A stretch of 64,000 nt of DNA, taken from the NCBI GenBank assembly GCA_951406725.2, contig OX597828.1:5642001-5706000 (forward strand), read 5' to 3'. This document shows, one piece after another, positions 1 to 10,368 of the stretch. Below the pieces are notes generated by a model. The model saw only the letters and a list, made by a program, of their open reading frames with translations, made no database searches and had not been told where the DNA came from. The stretch comes from Octopus vulgaris. Its lineage: Eukaryota. How positions within the stretch are numbered: position 1 is the first letter of the stretch; the number at the start of each line of letters is the position of its first letter. Position numbers and translations under genes: made by a program.

Positions 1-1695
1 ATGCTAATTCATCACAACTCTTCGAACCGATTCAGGCGCGGAGGAGTTCCCAAGAACGATAGAACTGAGTGTGAATAACGGAGCGGGCGAAAGTATAATA
101 GTTGAAATTATTAGAGCTTGAAAAACACGAAAAGCAAATGATCTCTGTAATCGAGAAATAGGCTATGGCCTTTACCAGTTGAAAACGACGAATTCAAAAA
201 TGAACATTCCAACACCTGGTACGTTACAGAAGGAAGCCACCTGTCATTGAAATGATACGAGTATAAAAGAAGGGGACCGGAAATTAAAGTAGAATATTTT
301 ATATAATAATATGTCAGCAACGGTCTTCTTGTACATTCGTAATGAAGCAGTTGTATTATTGTTTTCTTGGCTGACCATTGTTTTTCTATAACTTCCTCGC
401 ATATTAACAGATTTCTATATGTATCCTCAGTGATACGATCGGTTTTGACTGTTAAAATCATGCCTCATAGCAGATATCCGTATACTGGCTTTCTAAAGTA
501 ATATACATAGTTAAAACCCGAATGGAAGCACATTTGCTAGGATACAACAACTGAATAAGCAGACCGAATGCAGATATAAGCAGCATATGGGAATCTGTAT
601 TAAGGAAGGACAGAAAAATATTAGATTTATAAGCCCTAAAATTCATTCCATAATTATAACCTGTAAAAATACGCAATAGCCTAAAGTGAAAACTAAGAAA
701 GATTGAAAGAGAAAATGTAAATGTTTTGATTAAAATAGGTATTGCTCGCTTTATTTGTACTGCTGACAGTGTGCGACGGTTTAACGTTGCTGCTATTAGG
801 CTGATCTTATGCATGGAAAAATGCTAGCATGAAAAGTCATATTCTTGAGATTATAAACCTGGAAAAGTAGAGGAAATGTTATTAATGGTAGGGATTATTA
901 CCATGTTGTTTGTTGCACCATGGCTCACCAAAAGTTACAGAGAATAAGACACCAAAACCATCAGTTGCCATGCTCAACTTAAGTAACCTAATTTTGCAAT
1001 ATTAGGAGGTTACAGCAATTCATTCAACGAAAACAAAAAAAATCCAAAGATTCCGGGATTTGCGGGTTGGGGTGGGTGGGGAATCCCCACCTCATTTTTT
1101 CCGAATTAAAATAAGGGATTTGCAGCATATTAGGAGGTCAAGGTACTTGATTCCACAAAAAAAAATCAGTTTTCTTTCTAAGCGAAAATCTTGCGGGCGT
1201 TAATATAGAAATTGACCATAATGTTATTTAGCCTCAAATCAGCCCTGATACTGCAAACGTATCATCAAAGATATTCCAGCTTTCAGCAAACCGTCTTTTT
1301 AGGGGTAATCTAGGATATTACATACAATGGTCGTGCGATTTAGGTAGGGGGATACTTTGGCAGATAATTTTAGCGTGTCGAGCGACCAGGTAGGGGTTCT
1401 TTCATTGGTTCGATTGCGTAATGAGATCCTTTTACATATATATGTAATATGTAATATGTATATATATCATACTAAGTCAAAAGCTGAGAGTTTTGTGTAT
1501 TGGCACTTATCAAACAGGAATTTGTCCATTGTCATTCTGTAACTTCTGATGAAATAACTTCTAAAATATAAAGTGGTGTCAAAAACATTGAGAGTAAAGC
1601 CTGTTCTATGTTACACATTCTAACAGTTTCGGAAGTTTGGAAGTATTTAGTTAAAAACAGGAAATGCAAAGTATTTAGTTAAAAACAGGAAATGC

Positions 1696-1920
1696 AAAGT
1701 CGACTTTGGCGGAATTTGAACTCAGAACGTAAAGACAGATGAAATACCACTTCTAAAATACGACATTTTGTCAAAAACGTTAAGAATAAACCCTATTCCA
1801 AGCGACACATTCTACCAGCATCGGAAGTTTGAAAGTGTTTAGTTAAAAAAAAATTAATCAACTAGTCTGTACTCAAAACTTAACGACAAACGAAGTACCG
1901 TTAAGCATTTCGCCGCCTTA
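1696..1920 (-). mobile_element. Fragments of tRNA-derived Nin-domain-type SINE (family B), split by a local duplication
   Basis: aaagtcgactttggcggaatttgaactcagaacgtaaagacagatgaaatacc (1696-1748) and actcaaaacttaacgacaaacgaagtaccgttaagcatttcgccgcc (1871-1917) match the fuller copies at 17140, 42670, 59905 and 63780. Confidence 0.75.
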
Positions 1921-2749
1921 GAATGCAGCCATTCCTTTTAGAAATATATTCTTTATTTCTATTGCTTAAGCATTAATTCTTACTTTTTTTAATTATTGAC
2001 ATTAAATTGCGTAACATTTGACCTCATAACTGTTTTCTACTAATTTTTGTTCAATGCGACTAACGATTCTGAATTGATCAGGCATTTTTCTATCATTTAA
2101 GCCTAAGAATTTATATTAATTGAAGATGAATATCTGCGTTAAGGCCCACTTGGGGTCTGACGTATTTGATGTAACGTTTTTGCTACTGATTCAAATCTCA
2201 AACTATTTATGCCAACGTGTAGCTGAAGAGTTAGCCTCTTTAAAACTTTTAACAATTTATAATTTAGTTGAGAAGTGAATTAGTGGGGAATCTTGGAAGC
2301 TGCTGCGATTGACGAAATGGTCGACGTAAGAATATATTCAACCACTGTAGTGCTTGAATGATATCGAGATGCTTTATTATAGTTTAGAAATATAGGAGAG
2401 AATATTAGCGGTATATCCAGAACATAGATTCATCGTATATTGTGTTGATGGATCTGATGGCTACAACAATCACAATAGTGGACTTTTCATTGCAGTTTCA
2501 TGCTTGTCACCATCTGAAGAAATAACCCCTCTTAAATAGATAACTTGGAACAAGAAATTGATGACAATAATATTCAAGGTATGGAGTTAGAGAAACGCTT
2601 AAATATCACTACCAGGGATTCGGATGTTGGATAAGTATAAAACTACCCACAATCAAAAAGCAAGAATTATATTCACCTGGGTGAACGTTTCTACAGGAGA
2701 ACGAGGAATTCACAAATACTTCTTGGTGACAGCACAAATTGTTTTTGGT

Positions 2750-3790
2750 ATTTTGTACCACTGAAGTGTATGAAAACACTTATGACAATAAATATATAAT
2801 TATAATTGTCCCACATAATTTGCTCTTTTGTACCACTGCACAACACGAGAGCTAGCTTTTGGCAAATATCTTAAGGCAGAAACTTAGCAGCGAAAAAGAA
2901 ATAAAAATATCATAGCTGAAAGTATTTGATTGGGTTGGATTACTTGAAACAGTTGATCCATCATAACAGTTCACGCTACGCAAGGAATCCTAATGTAAAA
3001 GCCTGAGGAAAACAAGCCACTTTCCTAAATTAATTTTCTCGAAAGAGCGGAGATGAGATTTTGAAGAAAGCTATGAAACGTTACTATAATGTGTCAAGTT
3101 GTATCAAGATAGGATTAAAATAATACAAAAACAAAACTGAGATGTCGCTGTGGAATTAGGAATAAATCAGAGAATCTAAGAAGCTTATATATGTTTCACA
3201 AATACTTTCAAACACAATTTAAATATATGTAAAACCATTGATGGCTTTGGTGTACTCATTCCCAAATAGATTAGTCGTATATGAAAAATGTTGCTAATCC
3301 CGCAAACATAAAACTGTTATTGTGTGAACCAGAGGATTGTGAAGTTATTTGTAACTTTATGATAGGAAGAAAACCAGTAACTATATTGCAGCTGGTCCCT
3401 TATCTAATGCAAATATGATATCGTTTGAAGGTTAGCAAATCACAAACAAGGGCAACCTTTTGCTTATAATTGAAATAAATATTATATGCAAACTTATCAG
3501 CGATACTAGGGTGAAACCAAATCATCTTTTCTATTTGATAATAATATGGATTATAATCTCAAGAAATAGACGTGTGTCAAAAGAGATCGATGATGACATG
3601 AAAGAGTATAGTTTCTATGATAATTCAGAGATGCCAAAGAATTTAAGAAAGAAATATATATAATTGAAGTGAGAAGACGCATTTTACATCTTGATTCACA
3701 AACATCGTATTGTAAACGGAGTTGGCAGACAGTTTGCTTGCGATGATGTAAAGTGCAGCCACAATCTAATGCATTCAAACGTAACTTAAG
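2750..3790 (+). mobile_element. Highly decayed piggyBac-like transposase remnant
   Basis: Frameshifted motifs appear in piggyBac order: LKVF.IGL (~2915-2945, cf. ELKAFIGL), TIDG (~3234, cf. IDE), F.V.IPK..R...C..N (~3245-3330, cf. YIPxKPxRYGIK), and YCKRSWQTV...NAF (~3705-3776, cf. RKTRRW...NA). No TIR/TTAA identified. Confidence 0.4.
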
Positions 3791-4099
3791 TGACGTTATA
3801 TGCTAAATGTAAAGGTTTGCTTTGTCTAGATTGATGTTACAATGATATCACCGATGTTTTAAATACTCAAATATAATATTACTGTCAATATCAGATTAAT
3901 TGAATGGGAGTATATACCAGAGTACATGCCAACTTAAGATTCAATTCGTTGATTACCCATATCTGAATAAAGTGCTATCAATTGAATTCCAAGTTCCACA
4001 GATTTGTGATAAAATAAATGTAATCATCTAATATACTAATGAAAATTATTCAAGAATTTCGATTTTATATTGATGCACCTGAAAACTTTATAATAGTAT

Positions 4100-4900
4100 A
4101 TATGTTTCAAATGCTTTATTTAGCTGAAATTATATCCTTAAGTGCAAGCCAGATTTTAACAATTATTTTCATGTTTTGTTTAGAGTTGCGGATTTTAGGG
4201 AGTGTATCACGTTCATCCATACTGGGTTCTTTAATTTTCAGCCATTGAATCATGATTTGATTTTTTAGCTCATATAGTACTGTTGGGTCAATATTTGTGT
4301 GACTTTCTTTATCTATTTGATGTTCATCTGTCTTAGTGTTTATGATTGGTTCAGGGAGTATTTCACTTTGCCTATCCCTTATACTAACTCTTTCAATCCT
4401 TACTTCAGTTTTATCAGCCCTGGGCTGGTCTATAATTATTTCCTCTATATTATCTTCTCTAGCTGCAACTTCGTTCATTTTATCCGATATTGCTTGTCAA
4501 ATTGATCAATCTCTACTTCAGTCAGTAATTTTTTTTATAATGTTTCTTCTGACGTTAGCAAGTTTTTTGCTGTCTATGTAGGGTCTTACTTCAGGGTGTT
4601 TCTGTCTCCAGTTTAAGTATGTTTGTAGAGTGTTAGATTTATATGTGGGGAAATATATGGCATGGTAGAAGGCCTCAAGACCTTCTTTATTATCTTCCCT
4701 AGACCATTTTCCTTCTTTTTCTTTTGATTATTTGGTGACGAGCATGGATGGCCATCTTTTGGAATATTTGGTTCAATTTTCAGGTACTTGGTCTTTTATA
4801 ATCCGCGCAATGACCAATGCGGTTTATTGTTTGATTTGTTGGCCTTGAAGCATGACGAGCTTCCATTTTTACATTAGGAGATGGATGTCAGTTTAGGGTT
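4100..4900 (-). mobile_element. R4/Dong-like non-LTR retrotransposon, 5' (N-terminal) fragment
   Basis: Minus strand reads KRGKWSREDNKEGLEAFYHA...LNWRQKHPEVRPYIDSKKLANVRRNIIKK, followed by ORF 4116..4478 (...ERDTLPKIRN). This resembles the N-terminal region upstream of RT in R4/Dong ORFs. Confidence 0.65.
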
Positions 4901-5189
4901 CTCTACACGTAAGCATTGCTCGTAGCGCAGCTTCTTAAGGCTAGCAGATCTGTATTCGTCTGTATTTTTTTTGCTGATAGTTTTATCTCCGAACATTTTT
5001 TCCCCATTCTCTTCCTTTTTTCCTCTCTCTTTCTCTCCATCTCCTTCTTCCCCTTTTTCCTTCCTTCTTTTCCCTTCCTCTTTTAAACTTATAAAAGGCT
5101 CACTCTGCCTGTATTAGTTCGAAATAATGAGAATAAAATATGGAGAAAGAAAAGAAAAAAAAAGGGATCTGTCAGTTATTATTGTTATT

Positions 5190-5300
5190 ACTATTACCAT
5201 CGCCACCATCACCATCATCATCATCATCAACGTCACCATCATCATTATCAATGATATTGTTTTATGTGTAGTCACAGCCACCATCATCAACACTACTGCC
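5190..5300. repeat. Degenerate (CAT/CAC)n trinucleotide tract
   Basis: accatcgccaccatcaccatcatcatcatc... read directly; source of the poly-Ile ORF 5127..5351. Confidence 0.85.
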
Positions 5301-5779
5301 TTTGTGTGGGGGAATAATTGGTTAAAGAGGTCATGTTCTATGGGTCTATAAATAGATTCAGCAGATGGTGGAGATAAAGGACATTAATGGTCAGTAAAAG
5401 GTCAAACCTGTTTACATTTTGTTTTTCTTTCTCTTTTCTTCCTTTCCACATACATATGTATATGTATATGTATACTCACACACACATATTATCTGATGTT
5501 CACGTCGATGATTTTTTAAATTTCTGAATTCAATGTTATGTATATATCTTTTTAATTTCTGAATTCAGTTGTATGTATATATTAGCAGGTGCTTACTTCC
5601 ATAATTTTTTATCGTGCATTTAATTGTGTTGTTACAATAAAAGGCAATTTTACACATTATTATAGTCATGAGAGAGGACTAAATGTTCACACAAAATTGG
5701 AGATATTTATGTTTCTAATTTTTCTTGTTAGGTGTGCGTTTGTATGAGCTGTATATATATAAGTTCCTTAACTTATTTT

Positions 5780-5926
5780 GAGGAAAATTCAAATTACTCA
5801 AAGAAAACAGTAGATCTTCCAGTTTTCTACAGTTGTTTTTTTTTTCCAGTTGTCCTGCTGGGTTAGCTGTTGCCAGTTCAGAGCATCGAAAAAATACGTC
5901 CATCCTCTGTCACGTCCAGCTGCCTC
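5780..5926 (-). mobile_element. Short decayed R4/Dong-like fragment (zinc-knuckle region)
   Basis: Minus strand has CSELA followed by gcaggacaac (cf. HIxSxCxxLA...RHDN). Its 5' end abuts the (TAA)n tract at 5927. Confidence 0.35.
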
Positions 5927-5935
5927 TTATTATTA

Positions 5936-5988
<53 letters not shown>

Positions 5989-6011
5989 AATGAATGAATG
6001 AATGAATGAAT
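5927..6011. repeat. (ATT)n plus (TGAA)n microsatellite
   Basis: Read directly. Confidence 0.95.
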
Positions 6012-6012
6012 A

Positions 6013-6286
6013 CAAGAAAAGTCATGACAACCTAGGGAGAGTAATACACTAGGCGTCATGTATAAAGCTACGATTTGAAAATATTAATAAATGGTATGAA
6101 CATGAACCTAGCAAATTATTAGAAAGTCAGAAATACAAGATCTTGTAGCGCTTTAACATTCAGACTGACAGAGTAATAGAAACTAGAAGGCCTGACTAAG
6201 TAATAGCATCATCATCATCATTATCATCATCAGCAGCAGCAGCAGCGCCAGCGGCAGCAGTAGCAGCAGCAGCAGCAGCAGCAGCT

Positions 6287-6331
<45 letters not shown>

Positions 6332-6687
6332 AATAAAGCGAATAGAGAGTCCCAGATAATTAACTTTACAGTCCCAAATGATGAAAAAGTTATCACGTGA
6401 GGTATAGAAAATGAGAAAATCAGGACCTAGATGCTGAATTACAGAGATTATGGAAAGTACGGGTAAAATGTATCCCAGTAGTTATATGTGCACTGGGAAT
6501 TATCCCTAAAGATCTAAACAGATGGATAGAGGAAATAGGCATAAAACCCAGTTTAGTACAGCTCCAGAAATAGTTTTGTTATGGACAGCTAATATTCTTA
6601 GAAGGATTATTGGCATCTAAGGCTACTTGTAGCCCGATGGTAGGATTTTATCCTTTTTCCAGTAGTCTAATCTGTTGTGTGTATATG
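6013..6687 (+). mobile_element. R4/Dong-like LINE 3' fragment (REL endonuclease) with (TAA)n tail
   Basis: Reads HDNLGRVIH...KWYEHEP...FNIQTDRVIETRRPD, then a microsatellite, then VVVNKANRESQIINFTVPND...ELQRLWKVRVKCIPVVICALGIIPK...LQK...ILRRIIGI*. A short 3' UTR and (AAT)n follow. Confidence 0.9.
6198..6330. repeat. Compound (CAT)(CAG)(TAG)n microsatellite inside the LINE ORF
   Basis: Read directly; it interrupts the element between RPD and VVV. Confidence 0.95.

Positions 6688-6761
<74 letters not shown>
6688..6761. repeat. (TAA)n microsatellite between two LINE copies
   Basis: About 24 AAT units, read directly. Confidence 0.97.
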
Positions 6762-6764
<3 letters not shown>

Positions 6765-7430
6765 GGACTAAACTAAATGCAAAAGAAATAGACAAAGAAA
6801 AATCCCAGCAAGGTTGAGAAGTTCAGGACTCAATGCAGAGACAGAGGGATTTTTAATTGCAGCACAAGACCAAATCCTCCCCACCAGAAACTACCAAAAA
6901 CATGTAATGCAAAGAAATATAACAAGCAACTGAAGAATATGTGGAGATGGACAAGAAACAATAAATCATATTATCTCCAGCTGCCCAGTCCTGGCTAAGA
7001 AGGAATATATTCACAGACATGACACAGTTGGAACCTACATAGATTGGAAGCTATGCCAACATTATGGAATAACAACAAAAAAGATGGTATAGGCACACAC
7101 CAGAAAAGGTCACAGAAAACGAGAAAGCAACCATACTCTGGGATATGCCGATACACACAGGTAGAGAAACTAAGGCCAACAGGCCAGATATAGTTGTCAG
7201 AGATCGTGAAGAAAAAAAAATGCTTTCTAATTGATGTATCAATACCGGCAGATGACAACGTGTCTCTAAAAGAAATGGAGAAACTCTCAAAATACAAAGA
7301 CCTGGAAATAGAGGTAACCAGAATGTGGAATCTAAAAACAGAAACAATTCCTATCATAGTAGGTGCATTAGGCATGATAAAAAAATATTCAGACAAATAC
7401 ATAACAAAAACACCAGGACTTACAAACTCC
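6762..7430 (+). mobile_element. R4/Dong-like LINE fragment (CCHC knuckle plus REL endonuclease), truncated at both ends
   Basis: SSGLNAETEGFLIAAQDQILPTRNY; (C)RICG..ETINHIISSCPVLAKKEYIHRHD; ILWDMPIHT..KANRPDIVV; ORF 7194..7433 CFLIDVSIP..E.EKLSKYKDL..IPIIVGALG. Contains stops and frameshifts. Confidence 0.95.
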
Positions 7431-7539
7431 TAGGGCAAAGAAACTCATATTATACATTGGTAGGCAATTAAACTAAATTCACTAGTTCGTTCATTTTTTG
7501 GGGGGATAGAAATAAAGTTAAATTAAATTACATGGGTAG

Positions 7540-8667
7540 TAATAGTTCTCACATCGAAAATGCTCTTCTCAATACGTGTGATGTACCAGTTAAGACAATC
7601 TTTTGCACTTCTTGCAGGGATGGTAAGCCAGGGATCATTCTCATATAATTTTCGGTTCCTTTCTTGATCATTCCTAGTGCTCCTACGATCACTGGTATTG
7701 TAACCGCCTTGAGATGCCACATTTTCTCAATTTCAATGAGTAGGTCTTTATATTTTCTGAGCTTGTCAAACTCTTTCGCTGAGATATTATGATCGCATGG
7801 GATGCTCATGTCGATCAATAAGCAAACTTTATTGTTTTGGTCTTTCACAACAATATCTGGTTTATTGGCCTTGATGGTTCGGCCTGTATGTACTGGGAAG
7901 TCTCACAGAATGGTTACATTTTCTCCTTCAGTTACAGCCTCAGGTTGGTTATTATACAACTTGTCGGCAGTTTTGATATTGTAATGCCGACTTATGAGCC
8001 AGTGGAGATATTGGCCAACTCTGTCATGTCTTAATTTATACTCCACTGGTGCTAAGACTTTACATCCAGAGATTAGGTGGTCCACTGTTTCAATCATGTC
8101 GTAGCAGAATCTGCATTTTGGGTCTGCTCCATTTTTCATCACATTGGCATGGTAGTTCCGGGTTAATAGGCTTTGATCTTGAACAGCCAGGATGAAACCT
8201 TCGCTCTCTGCTTTTAGCCCTGAGCTCCGTAGCCACTGATGGGTTTGCTTCTGGTCAACATCAGCTTGTTTGCTGCGGACCGCATATTTGCCGTGCAGAG
8301 GTTTCTCCTCCCACCTATCAGCCAATTGCTCGAGCGCTTTTTTCGTTGCCATTATTTTCACCTTCTTTGCAACAATAGTTGCCATACTTCCCTTGGGTTG
8401 TTCAGTTTGGGTATCCTGCACGAGATCAATAGCAAATTTTTTGCTTTCCTTTATGATAGAATGAAGCTTCTTTCGTCTCTCGTGATTTTCCACGAGCTTT
8501 AGCATCCAGTCATTCGTTATTTCAAGATATTTGGCCAGTCCAATTGTGGTTGTTTTGTAAGCTAGTTCAAATTGGATCAGGCCTCGACCTCCTTGGGCTC
8601 TGGGAAGGTAAAGGCGATCTACGTCTGCCTTTGGGTGGTGTATCCTATTACAACTCAGCAGCTTGCG

Positions 8668-8670
<3 letters not shown>
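7540..8670 (-). mobile_element. R4/Dong-like LINE, 5'-truncated and well preserved (RT thumb, CCHC knuckle, REL endonuclease)
   Basis: HHPKADVDRLYLPRAQGGRGL, then ORF 7903..8505 (LHGKY..WL..GL..ESEGFI.A.QDQ..CRFC..ETVDHLISGC..RHD), then ORF 7549..7848 (KYKDL..IPVIVGALG..QKIVL.GT..LR). The two ORFs are separated only by a stop in IL*DF (expected ILWDF). Confidence 0.97.

Positions 8671-8750
<80 letters not shown>
8671..8750. repeat. (TTA)n microsatellite abutting the LINE 5' end
   Basis: Read directly; equals (TAA)n on the element's strand. Confidence 0.97.
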
Positions 8751-8885
8751 TTAGTATTATCTCTCAAAATATTTAATTAAGAAATCAAACATGATATCTT
8801 CCCTGAAATATATTTGCATTTATGTAGATAACAGTTACATTATAACTTAGACGTTAATGCATTGCAAATGAATTAAGAGGTGTAA

Positions 8886-8952
8886 CACACACACACACAC
8901 AGACACACACACACACAGACACACACACACACACACACATACACACACACAC
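8886..8952. repeat. (CA)n microsatellite
   Basis: Read directly. Confidence 0.95.
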
Positions 8953-9914
8953 TATACGTCTCTGGGTCATTCATTGATATTATAAGGCTTTACATTATTT
9001 TATTCAATGTTTCCTCATGTCTCATTCTTGTAGTATCATTTGTATATATTTTATTGGGTCTGTGATTACCTAGTAAGAGGTTCTACTATATATTTAAATT
9101 AAAACATGCTCACGCATATAACCAGTTTAGTGTAGATTTTATGCGAACAGACAGTTGACTAAGCATACTCCTCCTAATTTGGGTTTCTGAAATTTGAATA
9201 CATAATTATCTAATTTGTATATTTTATTAAATCTAGAACAACTTGTTCCTTTTGAATTGACCAGCAGTTGTTCGTTACAGATATCGTGTTGTTCACGTTT
9301 AGGAGTATTAATTATCCAAATTTAGCAATTTCCTGAATATTTCTACATTTGGGGTTTGAAATTTCGTGGAAATCTTCAGGCTAAAGTTATGATGCACAAA
9401 TATGCAATACAGTATACGTATAATTTGTTTATAATTTTAAGAACTAATAAAATTTATGATACATGGTTTGTTCCATTTCATTAACTTTATGGGATAACGA
9501 GGTCGGTCTAAAGCATGGTTTGAACATCACATTTCCTTATAATTAAGCGAAAGAGCATTTCACATCAAGTTTCAGACCCCAATACTGCAGGACACATTGC
9601 ACAAAGTAATTTTTTTACCAAGTAAAAGCTGTTACCAAGTAAAAGCTGTTAAAGTAAAAGCTGTTAAAAAGTTTAATCTGCCGTAGATTTTATAAGCCTT
9701 ATATCTGAATTTTAGGCTCCCTACAAATATTAACAGATCTTTGTATTTAATTCAATGCAAATATATAAGACATTGCATTTGTAAGATGGGGTTTCAAATC
9801 CTTTGATTCCTTAAATAAAAAATATACTGACATAAAGTGTAAAAATACTACAAAAGTGCTCCAGTACTGTATTTATATAAAAGCCACTCACTCATTCTAT
9901 ATCAACTATATTTG

Positions 9915-10139
9915 AGACTTGGTCGACCATAGCGCGTTACTTGAAGAGTTTTAGTCGAACGAATCACTACCAGAGACAAATTTGTTTAAGACTGGTACTT
10001 TTGCTATCAGCCACTTCTGAGGTACTTCCAGGTTTCGGAGACGAACGCAAACCAACAGCGGTTACTGGACGATGGTTGCTCACTAACGTAAACGCATACA
10101 TCCGCACCCCCTATATATTCATATACATATACATACATA

Positions 10140-10202
<63 letters not shown>

Positions 10203-10368
10203 CATATATATATCATGTGAATATTTCACCTGCGGGCCACTCACATGGCTTCGGTAGGTTCCTGTCAATACTGGGATATAGTAGACTTCCCCAAGGATCC
10301 ACGGATTGTGACTGAATCCGGAACAATGTGGTTGTGGAATAAAATTCTTAATCACACAGCCACGCCTG
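9915..10368 (-). mobile_element. tRNA-derived CORE-type SINE (family A) with internal (TA)n, diverged
   Basis: Same layout as the 20137-20553 copy: head at the right end (cacacagccacgcctg), core acttccccaagg, internal TA tract, 3' half ttttagtcgaac...ctggtactt. Confidence 0.8.

Noticed and set aside
111-814. ORFs 111..461 and 458..814 as host genes or a Gypsy integrase remnant (TDR.., NGQ.., W...F.NSS..TG)
   Set aside because: The resemblance rests on a few short, frameshifted motifs that could arise by chance; it needs a translated search.
9615-9668. Short tandem ttaccaagtaaaagctg repeats (similar small duplications at 25591-25632 and 61801-61820)
   Set aside because: Ordinary slippage duplications with no spacers and no sign of function.
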